DNA of 64,000 nucleotides from contig OY771506.1 in assembly GCA_963674705.1 (NCBI GenBank), positions 864,001 through 928,000 on the forward strand. Direction: 5' to 3'. Below are positions 29,600-39,615 of the stretch, in pieces. The notes beneath the pieces were generated by a model. The model had not been told where the DNA came from and did not search any database. It saw only the letters and a list, made by a program, of their open reading frames with translations. Source of the DNA: Phycisphaeraceae bacterium (GTDB lineage: Bacteria; Planctomycetota; Phycisphaerae; Phycisphaerales; Phycisphaeraceae). Both the position numbers and the translations under genes were made by a program. Position 1 is the first letter of the stretch. Every line of letters begins with the position of its first letter.

Positions 29600-31207
29600 T
29601 TATTCGACGGGCTCAATACTCTTCACATCGTAATCCCACGTCCAGTCATCGAAGTACAGGTTCACGCCGTCGACTTCGACTTCGCCGCGTTGGAAGTCGG
29701 CGGGTTCGGAGCGGAGCGATGGTTTGGGCGGGTGAAGATCGCGGCCGTAGTCGAGATTCACAATGATGCGGTAGATGTCGAGGTGGCCCAGGTAGTAGTT
29801 GCGGACATCCGGGTTATCTGATTTGCGGTAGCCGAAGGAGGGATCGGCGACGACCCAGCCGTGCGGCGGCAGGTAGATCTCGGACCAGTCGTGCATATTC
29901 TCACCGCCCGGCGTGCTGGTGAAGCCGGACTGCCAGCGTGCGGGAATCCCGACCGAGCGCATCATCGACATCAATGTGATCGCCTGCACGCCGCAGTCGC
30001 CCCGCTTGCGCTGCATGCAGATTTCTGCAAAGCTCGGGATCGTCGCGTACTCGAATTCGGGCAGCCAGCGGATATTCGCATCCCACCAGTCGAAGATTGC
30101 CTTGGCTTTGAGGTAAGGGTTGGTCTCATCGCCGACAAGCTCTTGGGTCAAAGCTGTGATCTCATTGGTGAAAACGACATGTGGCGGGCGCGGGGCAAGA
30201 TAGTGCGCGAACGCCGAACGCTCTTCTTCAGTCAGTTCACGTGTGTTCTCGGCCGTGATTACCGGGTAATGCGCCGCGATCGTGTAGGCAAAAACCTGCT
30301 CGAAAACGATCGGTTTGGTCGGATCATCGACCGTTACTTCGTAATACGTCGTGCGCTGCGGTGCGCCGCCGATCGGACCCGGGCCGTCGAAGTTGGTCGC
30401 GCTGGGTGAGATGAAAGGTTGGTAAGGTCCGCCGTCGATTGATGCGCTAACCAATTCAACATCCGATTGCTGGCGGTATTCCTGCGGGAACGGTAGCCAG
30501 ACGCGAAGCTTCGAGCCCTTTTTCATCACGTTCGGATCGGTCTGCTCGGCAGCGGGTTTCACCGTCAACGCATAACGCACGGTAAAACGGTGCGGCAGCA
30601 CGATCGGCGATTCACCGGCTTCGGCCGCAGCTTTTCCGGCAACAGCAGCCTTAGCCAGAAAATCGTTCAGCGTTTTGTTGGACCGGTCTTCATCCAGTAA
30701 CGCACCGCCCGGTTGCCCTGCTTTCCGCTTGGCGTCCCACTCGGCCTGACGCTTCTTGATCTCGTCACAGAACCGGAACATCACGCCCGGCTCACGGCGG
30801 TAATAGCAAAGCTTGCCATCGATCGTTCGGCAAACCACTTCGCCCTCTTCCACCAGACGCCGCAGGTCTTCAACCGTGAAGTCATCGATCTTTTTCTGCA
30901 CCGCGGCGACCAGGTCTTCTTCACTCTGGTTAAATTCCCGGCGGACTCGGCGGATGGTCTCCAGCGAATCATCCCGAAGCTGCCGACCCTCCGGGCCCAT
31001 GAAGTTGGCGCCTTCCCGGATCAGCAACTCCGCGTTCTTGAAGTTGCCCGACTTCAGCAGCTCGCGCGCTTTTTCGATGGCCGGATGCTCGCTGGTCCAG
31101 AACGCTGAAGCACCGGTGTTTTCCATGACTTTGTCATCAGCACCCATCGTTTCAACCGCTCCGCTCATCAGTACAATCCCAATCAACAGTAATGGTAAAC
31201 ACTTCAT
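29600..31207 (-). CDS. Secreted transglutaminase-like protein
   Basis: Signal peptide MKCLPLLLIG; LRVWLPFP; Cys-His-Asp triad RGDCG, HDWSE, ADPS; GIPARWQSG. Confidence 0.88.
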   Translation of the reverse strand: MKCLPLLLIGIVLMSGAVETMGADDKVMENTGASAFWTSEHPAIEKARELLKSGNFKNAELLIREGANFMGPEGRQLRDDSLETIRRVRREFNQSEEDLVAAVQKKIDDFTVEDLRRLVEEGEVVCRTIDGKLCYYRREPGVMFRFCDEIKKRQAEWDAKRKAGQPGGALLDEDRSNKTLNDFLAKAAVAGKAAAEAGESPIVLPHRFTVRYALTVKPAAEQTDPNVMKKGSKLRVWLPFPQEYRQQSDVELVSASIDGGPYQPFISPSATNFDGPGPIGGAPQRTTYYEVTVDDPTKPIVFEQVFAYTIAAHYPVITAENTRELTEEERSAFAHYLAPRPPHVVFTNEITALTQELVGDETNPYLKAKAIFDWWDANIRWLPEFEYATIPSFAEICMQRKRGDCGVQAITLMSMMRSVGIPARWQSGFTSTPGGENMHDWSEIYLPPHGWVVADPSFGYRKSDNPDVRNYYLGHLDIYRIIVNLDYGRDLHPPKPSLRSEPADFQRGEVEVDGVNLYFDDWTWDYDVKSIEPVE

Positions 31208-31310
31208 CAGATACGCCCACCTTCTGGATGTCTGTCGCATGTCACGGCCCCAACAGGGCCGCCGCATTGTACTCACAGCCCGGCCGGAATGTGTACACTG
31301 CTGACTGATC

Positions 31311-31353
31311 CACCCCCGGAATACCCCCGGAACACTCCGGAATACTCCCCGAC
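31311..31353. repeat. Four 10-11 bp direct repeats in a divergent intergenic region
   Basis: CACCCCCGGAA TACCCCCGGAA CACTCCGGAA TACTCCCCGAC. Confidence 0.6.
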
Positions 31354-31366
31354 TGGAGTCGATCTG

Positions 31367-32458
31367 ATGCCGAACCGCGGACGCAAACTGTATCTGACCG
31401 CTCAACTGCTTCTTGTCATGTTCGTTTGCCTGATAAGCGGCTGCACCAGCATGCCCGCTTGGGCCGGCGGACCGATCAAGCCCAAACCGCTTGAGCCCGG
31501 CGACACGATCATGTTCATCGCCCCGGCTGGGGACCTGAATAAAGAACGCGTCGAACTGGCCCAGAAGCGCCTCAAGGAAATGGGATTCATCATCAAGCAA
31601 CGCGACGACCTGTTCCGAAGCTACGGCTATCTTGCCGGGACGGACGAGCAACGCGCTGAAGAAATCATGCAAGCCTTCACCGATCCCGAGGTCGACGCCA
31701 TCTTCCCCGGCACGGGCGGCTACGGCACGACACGTATCCTCGATATGCTCGATTACAACGTCATCCGCAAACACCCCAAAATGCTCATCGGGTTCAGCGA
31801 CATCACCGGCCTGCACCTGGCGATCAGCCGTAAGGCCGGGCTCATCACCTTCCACTCGCCCAATCCGCAGTACGGCCTGGGCAGCGAGGGCAACTTCACT
31901 GACTTCACCGCCAAGTACTTCTGGCGTGCGATCCTCAAATCAAGCTACTACGACGAAAACGGCAAGCGCAAAGCGCCGGGCTGGACGTACGAGATCCCCG
32001 ACGATATTGATCAACCCGTCGTCATCGCCAAGGGCAAAGCACGCGGCCGTTTGATCGGCGGCAACTTCTCACTCGTCGCCGCCACCATGGGCACACCTTA
32101 CGAACCGCAGACACGCGGCAAAATTCTTTTCCTGGAAGATGTCCGTGAGGCCCCCTACCGGATCGACCGCTTCTTCTCGAACCTCAAACTCGCCGGCAAA
32201 CTCGACGATTGTGCGGGGATCATTCTCTGTAAATTCACCCACACGGAAAAAGAGGGCGAAGAGCCTTCTGAATTCAGCATCCGCGAGGTCATCGATCAGT
32301 ACTTCACCGACGCCGACATCCCGGTCATCTACGACTTCCCGACAGGCCATTTTTCGCAAAACGCAACACTGCCCGTTGGCGCACTTGTCGAACTGGAGGC
32401 AACCGAGGATGGTTGCACTGTTCGGGTGCTTGAAGACCCGGTTGATTTAAAGGAATAA
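31367..32458 (+). CDS. ldcA: LD-carboxypeptidase (peptidase S66) with export/lipoprotein signal
   Basis: YLAGTDEQRA, GGYG, IGFSDIT (Ser), LIGGN, LFLEDV (Glu), FPTGH (His); LISGC lipobox. Confidence 0.9.
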   Translation: MPNRGRKLYLTAQLLLVMFVCLISGCTSMPAWAGGPIKPKPLEPGDTIMFIAPAGDLNKERVELAQKRLKEMGFIIKQRDDLFRSYGYLAGTDEQRAEEIMQAFTDPEVDAIFPGTGGYGTTRILDMLDYNVIRKHPKMLIGFSDITGLHLAISRKAGLITFHSPNPQYGLGSEGNFTDFTAKYFWRAILKSSYYDENGKRKAPGWTYEIPDDIDQPVVIAKGKARGRLIGGNFSLVAATMGTPYEPQTRGKILFLEDVREAPYRIDRFFSNLKLAGKLDDCAGIILCKFTHTEKEGEEPSEFSIREVIDQYFTDADIPVIYDFPTGHFSQNATLPVGALVELEATEDGCTVRVLEDPVDLKE

Positions 32459-32727
32459 GTGGTTAGCCGGATTCTGCCGGGCATCCTGCATACAGTTTAT
32501 TAATCAGAAGTGGGCACGATCCGAATCACACCGGGCCTAAGTCAGGCGGCCACCGGTGCCGGTTCTGTTTGTGCCGACCATGAGGGCTGGTATGCCTGGG
32601 AAATATACCGGTTGTATATGTTGCAGAATCTTGCGAGATAAGGTTGCCGCAGGCCGGGCTAAATCGGTTTTTTCAATTGATTAAATACATCCCGGGACAC
32701 ACGCGACCCTTGTCCGAGAGGATACCA

Positions 32728-35700
32728 ATGTTCGCCGACAAATATGTGAGGCCGATTACAGGGTTAGTAGCCGCGATTGTTGTGGCTGTCGTAGGTGCTG
32801 CGCACCCTTTGAGTGCGGAGTTCATCGAGCCGGTCGCGGTCGCTGATACCCAGGAACTGGTTGTACCTGTTGATCCAGATCTCTACACCACAGAAGTAGC
32901 AGAAACCCCTCTTGAGCCCGAAGCCCCCGGTCTCCAGGCCGGCGACTTCAACGGCAACGGCACGTACGAATTCGATGACGTCACCGCTTGCGCCCTGGCG
33001 TGGAAGCAACGCGACGACTATTGGACCCAGTACCCCAACCTCACCGAAAACGACCTGCTCGCCGCAGGTGACTTCAATAATGATGGTGTTTTCGACGACT
33101 CGGACATCGAGCCGTTTAAAACTTTTATCGTCGCTGAACTCACGACGCAGCAGCAAACCGCTGTCACACCCGACGACCAGACTGATAGCGATCAGACCGA
33201 CACTTACACAGAAGTGGACATGGACAGGTTACTTCCACGGTTAACCATCGTGGATTCACCTCTGTCCAATACGTCGTCCGGTGAAAGCGTCGGTGGCGGG
33301 ACCGTCACGACAGCATCCACAGGCAGCGGGGGAAGTGGCGGTGGTGGTGGCAGCAGTCTGGCCGGCAGTGCTGGTGGCGGTGGCGGTGGCGGCGGCGGCG
33401 GTTCCAGCGGTAGTGCTTCCACAGCATCGGATAGCGACTCTTCATCCAGCAGCAATCTCTCGCTGACATACCCGATACTGATCGGCTCCGGTGGCAGCAC
33501 GAATCTTGCTAATGGGGGAACCACCGACAACAGCAGTGAAACCGCAATAGACCTTCAGCCTTCTGTGCCGGATGGAATGCTGACCAATCCGTCTGCCGGC
33601 GAATTGAATATGCCCACAGGCCCGACGGGCGTCGAAGCCCCCGGCCCCATCGTTTTGGGTACGCTTAACCTGACCAGCCACAGCTCTGCCCCGGCGATCA
33701 GTGAAGTCAGTAACGTCACGCTTCCGGGTGAATCTCTGATCATCACCGGAGAGAATCTCGACGGCGCCGGCCTGAAAATCTTCACGCCCGAAGGCAGCAT
33801 GAACCTGTTACCCCTGCGTTCAGATGATCAAACGATGCGCGCCGTCATCCCCCTGCTCCGCTACGACCAGGGTAACCGCGTACCGCTTGCACAAAGCACA
33901 ATGATCGTCGTACCGAGTTCCGCAGGATACGACGGCTTGCCGATCCGTGTGAATGCTGCAGAAGCATGGTGGAGCTGGCCCTGCCGGGCGTATGCAAACC
34001 ACACCGGCCAGACGGTACGCATTTTCGGTAAGAACCTGTCGTTGACCGACGCCACACCGCTTGTCTACCTCCAGCGGGAAAACAGTACGCCGGTCGCTTT
34101 AGAGGTAACCAACTCAAATCCTTATAGCCTCGAAGCGACGCTGCCCGGCAACTTGAGCGCGGGTACGTATTACCTCTGGGCACACAACGGAACCGGTGGC
34201 GAGTACGGCTGGTCCGAGCGGCTGGAGTTTGAGGTTGTGACTCAAGCATCTCTGCCGACCACCGTTGTGTATGCGAACGATTACCTGCCCAACGCGACAT
34301 CAGACGGCGACGCGATCGAACAAGCCATACGGGCCGTACAGGCCGCCGGCGGCGGGACGGTACAGCTTGGTGCGCGTGTGTATCGGGTCTCCGAGCCGAT
34401 CAACATACCCTCCGGCCCGCCGGTAGTCCTCAAGGGCCGTGGAACCGGGGAATGGGACCCGTTAACGAGCACGCTGTCGGACCCGTCGGGCACCGCCACG
34501 GTAATCCAGTCGCGGCCCGGATTCAACGGGGTCTTCGTTGTCAACCTGGTAGCGAACGGTTCGCGCTTAACAGCGCTTACGGTACGCAGCGACAACGAGG
34601 ACGTTCGGATGGGTGTCCGACTCCTGGGCCAAAATCAAACGGTTGACCATGTGACGGTGATCCGCGCCACCGAGATCGATGACGAAAATCCCAACTCCTG
34701 TATCCAGTCCATGTACAAGGGCGATGCCAACAATGTCATAGAGCATTGCACGCTTTATGGCGTGTCCTTTTGCGTCCTCGTCGGCGAGGACAGTGATTAT
34801 GTGCGGATTTCGGACTGCGTCTTGCGTGGACAATTCGCATCCGGTTGGAGCACCACATCCAACGCGGTCACCAATATGGGCGGCAACAGCATGATCATGG
34901 AGCGTTGCGACGCACGCGCTGTCGATCGCGCTCATGCCAGGATCATGAGTCGCACATGCCTGCTATACGAAAGCTCTATCCAGAACACATACCTTGCGAA
35001 TAACCACAGCGAAGACTTTGGCCCCCATCCTTCGGTACCGGATGTTATGGGGAACACGGGTGAGCAATATTTGTTCCACGAACGTGGCGACACCGCGGGG
35101 ATATACACCGTAACATCCGCGGGGGATAACACCGTGGCCGTCAACGGCGGCCTGCCCGGCAGAGTTAACAGCAATGGCGACTGGATCGTCTTCGTCGCCA
35201 AGGGAGTCGGTGCTGGTCAATGGCGCACCATCGTCGGCCGAACCAATTCCGGCGAGGTGGTACTCGATAAACCATGGCGCGTTACCCCGACTCGCAACGC
35301 AACCGTCATCGTGCAGCAGGCCTTCAGACACAACATCGTCTATGGCAACACCATGCAAGGACCGGCTCCGGAAGCGGGTGTCACCGATCAGATGAAGACG
35401 GTAGGCGTTTACTTCTACAAAAACGCTTTCGATAACATCGCCGCGAATAACACGATGGACAGGGTCGCCGTTGGCGCCGCCATCTCCGCTGAGTTCGATA
35501 TGCCCTCCGGATGGAACCTGATCCGCGAAAACGAGATCAGTAACATCCAGGGCTTTGCAGGCGGCACCGCCTCCGGGCCCATGGCTTACGTCGAAATGCA
35601 CCCCGGTTCCGTCGAAGAAAACCGCGTGCGGATAAACCACTGGATCACCGTCGGTAATATTTTCCGGGCCAACACCATCACCAAGGCCCCCACCGCCGCG

Positions 35701-35967
35701 AGCCTGGGCTGGCGACTCATCGACCGATTCTACGACAGGGAATACATCCCCAGGGCTTATGTCGGTATGGTGCTTAGCACCCTGGAACGCAACACATTCG
35801 ACCAGGTCGACCGCGGCATCCTGGTCTCCTCACCCGCAAACCGCGCGTTGCTACGGAATAACACCGTCAACTTCAATGAACCCAGGGGACAGGATGTGGA
35901 AGTACCCAATCCCGATTCCCTGTACGACGCCTACATACCCTCTGATGCTTCAGCCAGCTATGATTGA
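32728..35967 (+). CDS. Large secreted protein: dockerin-like pair, Gly/Ser linker, Ig-like region, right-handed beta-helix (pectate-lyase-3-like)
   Basis: SD GAGAGGA; GDFNGNG and GDFNNDG; poly-Gly/Ser linker; DGDAIEQAI..AGGGTVQLGARVYRV beta-helix start; Asn-rich repeats. Confidence 0.75.
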   Translation: MFADKYVRPITGLVAAIVVAVVGAAHPLSAEFIEPVAVADTQELVVPVDPDLYTTEVAETPLEPEAPGLQAGDFNGNGTYEFDDVTACALAWKQRDDYWTQYPNLTENDLLAAGDFNNDGVFDDSDIEPFKTFIVAELTTQQQTAVTPDDQTDSDQTDTYTEVDMDRLLPRLTIVDSPLSNTSSGESVGGGTVTTASTGSGGSGGGGGSSLAGSAGGGGGGGGGGSSGSASTASDSDSSSSSNLSLTYPILIGSGGSTNLANGGTTDNSSETAIDLQPSVPDGMLTNPSAGELNMPTGPTGVEAPGPIVLGTLNLTSHSSAPAISEVSNVTLPGESLIITGENLDGAGLKIFTPEGSMNLLPLRSDDQTMRAVIPLLRYDQGNRVPLAQSTMIVVPSSAGYDGLPIRVNAAEAWWSWPCRAYANHTGQTVRIFGKNLSLTDATPLVYLQRENSTPVALEVTNSNPYSLEATLPGNLSAGTYYLWAHNGTGGEYGWSERLEFEVVTQASLPTTVVYANDYLPNATSDGDAIEQAIRAVQAAGGGTVQLGARVYRVSEPINIPSGPPVVLKGRGTGEWDPLTSTLSDPSGTATVIQSRPGFNGVFVVNLVANGSRLTALTVRSDNEDVRMGVRLLGQNQTVDHVTVIRATEIDDENPNSCIQSMYKGDANNVIEHCTLYGVSFCVLVGEDSDYVRISDCVLRGQFASGWSTTSNAVTNMGGNSMIMERCDARAVDRAHARIMSRTCLLYESSIQNTYLANNHSEDFGPHPSVPDVMGNTGEQYLFHERGDTAGIYTVTSAGDNTVAVNGGLPGRVNSNGDWIVFVAKGVGAGQWRTIVGRTNSGEVVLDKPWRVTPTRNATVIVQQAFRHNIVYGNTMQGPAPEAGVTDQMKTVGVYFYKNAFDNIAANNTMDRVAVGAAISAEFDMPSGWNLIRENEISNIQGFAGGTASGPMAYVEMHPGSVEENRVRINHWITVGNIFRANTITKAPTAASLGWRLIDRFYDREYIPRAYVGMVLSTLERNTFDQVDRGILVSSPANRALLRNNTVNFNEPRGQDVEVPNPDSLYDAYIPSDASASYD

Positions 35968-36220
35968 CATACGACCGGATTTTTAAAAACACCGCCCTCG
36001 ATAAAGACCTGTAGGTGTTTACCCAAACCCCCTGATCGTAAAAGGTGGGATGGGTGTGGGTTTAGGTAATTTTGTGCCTCCCGTCTTGCCCGGCAGCATC
36101 CTTTCCGCCCCAGGACCGAGCGACAAAACCCTTGATATTACTGATATTTGTGTCACAATTAGACGACTGCGGATCAGTAAGGCCGCAGCGCGATACTATT
36201 GATAGAGACACGATTCAGTC

Positions 36221-39200
36221 ATGGCCCGAGGTACAGGCATTTCTCGAGTTACCGCGGCAGTACGTCGCTGTCTTTCCGCGCGCAAGACGCACCCCATCCA
36301 TCGGCAGGCTCACATTGAGCCGTTGGAATCCAGATTCTTACTAAGCGGTGATCCACTTCTCGGCGACGTAAACGCAGACGGGGTTGTTGACGATCAGGAT
36401 ATCGACCTGGTTAAACAACAATGGAACGTCAGCGCTTCGGCAGACGCCTTGAGTGCTGATTTGAATGGGGATGGATACGTTGGGCTTGACGATCTGAACG
36501 TGGTGCTGAACAGCCCGTATTTGTATCAATCCATCTTCGTCGGCCCGGTTGCATCAACTTCACAATCAACCAGCGCCAGCACCGAAACGCAGGTCGTCGA
36601 CACATCGCTGTTCACCGACTTCGACGGCGGAATCACCGGCAACTGGACACCAACATTCACACGCGATCAGGAAACGGCCGACCCGTCAGGGCAAAACGTC
36701 GAGGTAGATGAACCCAGATGGGGCGACCTGGTTGCTACCGGCACCACCGCGGAATGGGAACAGGTGCTTGCCACCGACGCGAGCCTGGTCAACATCGGCC
36801 AGGGACCCGGCGCTGATGGACAATGGCTCAGCATCTGGCACGACCGGGATGCCGACATCTTGATCGCGTTCAACCATGATATGAGCCAGTGGAAAACGCT
36901 GGACATCTCCCGCGGCTCAGAATCCGAATGGCTCGCCGAAGCCGACTGGCTGACGAATACGCTGTATATGCCAAAGACGGGTCGCATCGTCCCCGGCGGC
37001 CTGTGGGTGGTCTACCTGCAAAGAGAAACCGATCAGGACGCAAGCGAAACCGGTGCTGACTGGACGCCCGAAGGCACATCGTTCGGCATCGTCCAGGAGG
37101 TGACCTTCGAAAACATCTTCGATCAAACAAGAACCGTGATCGATGGGCAGGCGCTGATCAACAGTGAGACCGGGCTTCCCTACGACAACGAGCGCGGCCA
37201 TGAGTGGAGCATTGCCATTACGCCGATCGTCGTTGACGGCAGAGTCGAAGCGGTCTGGTGGGCGATTACCGATTACCTCCAGGACCCAACCGCATCGCCG
37301 GAAAAACCCGGCGGCAGCACGTGGGTAATACTCACTGAGCGCGATCCCGACTCGAATCACTACACGGTCCGCCAGCCACGTCTGATCGAGCAGCAGGAGG
37401 ACCCGCTCGGTGTTGACGAAGCTTACGAACACCGCCACTCGGCAATCGTGGTCGTACACGAGACCGGTGAAGTCGATGTGATCGTCGCCGCAGGCGATAC
37501 CGCCGCACATTCGTTCCTCAAACGGTATCGCATCGACGATCCGGAACATTACGAGACATCAACGCTAACCGTACAAGAGACCGGCCTGCTTGGAATCACC
37601 GGCGAAGCATCTTCCCAGTTGATATCGTTCCAGGTCGGCAGCGCCGCAAACAAGATCCTTGCTGCAACGGATGGCCGGGATGAGGGTGTCATCGAGCTGA
37701 CGATCCCGCTTGCCATGGACCAGCCCGCAGAAGTCCGGTCCGTCATCGGTCGTGGTTACGTTAAGACACACGCGCTGACAGTCAATCTTGTCTGCGCCAA
37801 ACCGTGGGAACGATCCGGCTACGCGATCACGGTCAGGCCGTTCCTGGCATACGAAAATAATGAGATCCCCTCTGAAGCCACAACGATTTTCTATTCCGAA
37901 GATGGCGAAAGCTGGATCGAAGTCGCATCCAATATTTTGGGCAGCGAGCTTGTGTTCCATGACGACTGGCTTGTGATTGCCAGCACGAAGAACGGCCATG
38001 GCGTTTTGAAAACACACATCGGCGACATGACTTCAAGCTCGCCGCTGCTGATTGCACCGGGCGGTACACAGCGCTTGAGCAGTTCACTCACCGAGCTCGT
38101 CGATTACGAAGACACCGAGGTCACCTTCCTCCAGAAGGTTAACGGCGTGTGGGTCGATGACGGCGTTGAGTTGGCCTCGCAACCCCCGACACTGGGCCAG
38201 GTCGTCAAGATCAGCCGGACCGGTGAAATCAACACCGCCAACCTCGCGAGGATCCTGCTCGCAGGCACCGATGCGGACTTCGAGGCGGGCAGTTTCGTGC
38301 TCAAGGTATGGATCCTGTCTGTACCCGGATACAACTCGGTACTCGGTGTCGGCATCGCGGGCGATGGCGAGTACGTCTCGCACCCTGAATACCCGACATC
38401 CACGGAGGACTGGCTGCCGATATTGATGTGGTCGGAACTGGACCCGAACGGTGACGGCACCGATTATGTGCCTTACATCCAACTCACCGCTCAAGCCCAG
38501 AAAATCGCACAACACACCGAGTTCTATATCGCGTTCGATCTGCTGCTTAATGAAGCCGACGTCAACGGGACCGTTGCACCGGTTGGCGACATCAATAACG
38601 ACAACTATGTGGGCCTCGACGATCTTGAAGCGCTCCTGGCTAACTGGAGCGAAACATCGATCCCCGAAGAGGTCGAAGGTGACCTCAACGGCGACGGTTT
38701 TGTCGGACTCGATGACTTGACTTGCGTGCTGCTCAATTGGAACAGCAATGTCACACCCGGTGATTTGATCAGCGGCGACGCAACCGGTGATGGATTTGTC
38801 GGCCTCGACGACCTGGAACTTGTTCTGAGTAACTGGAACGCCGGCGAGCCGCCGGCCCCCGGCCCGTTGGTGGGCGATATTAATAATGACGGCTTCGTCG
38901 GGCTCGCCGATCTCGACCTGTTGCTGAATGAGTGGAACGTCTCGCGCGCAACCACCGGCATCGTCCCGGGCTATTCGATCGCCCCCAGCGACACCGAAAA
39001 TATCACCGCCGAGCCTGAAAAACTCATCTGGGACATACCTACATCCACAACCGGCAGCTTCACGGTCGGCCTGTCCATGACCGTGCCCCAAGATGGCATC
39101 GATGCAACGTGGGGCGATGACACATTCAGCACCGGTTCTACATGCTACGGCACCGTCTTGCTGGATGAGAACAACCACTTGGAGATCTGGCACAACCGCG

Positions 39201-39550
39201 GGACACAAGTATGGTCACTTGAGGTAACCATCGATGGCCAGCGCTACGGCGCGATTCAGATCCCCGATGCCTGGCTGAATGTTGATGGCCGATTCCACTG
39301 GGTGATCTCGTACGACCAGGGCGAACTGCGATTCGCCATCCTGCAACGCGGTAACGAAGTCGCCTCCGGCACCATGTCGGTCACGCTGCCGTTCATGCCC
39401 ACACAGATGCAGGTCGGCTCGCACGACTGGATCAGTGTCCCCACGGTCGGCATCCTGTCCGCGTATGGCAACTATGGCGTCGGCGAAACACTCGAACAGA
39501 TACGCCAGCGCGTCCTCAACGACGATATCTATCTGCCACTGCCTACGTAA
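36221..39550 (+). CDS. Large planctomycete extracellular protein (LEPR-XLL motif) with six dockerin-like repeats
   Basis: HIEPLESRFLLSGD; 2+4 GDxNxDGxVGLDDL-type repeats; one Asp-box-like YSEDGESW. Confidence 0.8.
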   Translation: MARGTGISRVTAAVRRCLSARKTHPIHRQAHIEPLESRFLLSGDPLLGDVNADGVVDDQDIDLVKQQWNVSASADALSADLNGDGYVGLDDLNVVLNSPYLYQSIFVGPVASTSQSTSASTETQVVDTSLFTDFDGGITGNWTPTFTRDQETADPSGQNVEVDEPRWGDLVATGTTAEWEQVLATDASLVNIGQGPGADGQWLSIWHDRDADILIAFNHDMSQWKTLDISRGSESEWLAEADWLTNTLYMPKTGRIVPGGLWVVYLQRETDQDASETGADWTPEGTSFGIVQEVTFENIFDQTRTVIDGQALINSETGLPYDNERGHEWSIAITPIVVDGRVEAVWWAITDYLQDPTASPEKPGGSTWVILTERDPDSNHYTVRQPRLIEQQEDPLGVDEAYEHRHSAIVVVHETGEVDVIVAAGDTAAHSFLKRYRIDDPEHYETSTLTVQETGLLGITGEASSQLISFQVGSAANKILAATDGRDEGVIELTIPLAMDQPAEVRSVIGRGYVKTHALTVNLVCAKPWERSGYAITVRPFLAYENNEIPSEATTIFYSEDGESWIEVASNILGSELVFHDDWLVIASTKNGHGVLKTHIGDMTSSSPLLIAPGGTQRLSSSLTELVDYEDTEVTFLQKVNGVWVDDGVELASQPPTLGQVVKISRTGEINTANLARILLAGTDADFEAGSFVLKVWILSVPGYNSVLGVGIAGDGEYVSHPEYPTSTEDWLPILMWSELDPNGDGTDYVPYIQLTAQAQKIAQHTEFYIAFDLLLNEADVNGTVAPVGDINNDNYVGLDDLEALLANWSETSIPEEVEGDLNGDGFVGLDDLTCVLLNWNSNVTPGDLISGDATGDGFVGLDDLELVLSNWNAGEPPAPGPLVGDINNDGFVGLADLDLLLNEWNVSRATTGIVPGYSIAPSDTENITAEPEKLIWDIPTSTTGSFTVGLSMTVPQDGIDATWGDDTFSTGSTCYGTVLLDENNHLEIWHNRGTQVWSLEVTIDGQRYGAIQIPDAWLNVDGRFHWVISYDQGELRFAILQRGNEVASGTMSVTLPFMPTQMQVGSHDWISVPTVGILSAYGNYGVGETLEQIRQRVLNDDIYLPLPT

Positions 39551-39615
39551 GCATTGCCCCGCGTTTAACGGCGGTTCGTAGATCCGCGCGTTTGCCGATA
39601 ATGACCAATATCGCT

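Noticed and set aside
31208..31855. N-terminal extension of the 751-aa transglutaminase ORF
   Set aside because: It overlaps ldcA in antisense; the signal peptide begins at Met 31207.
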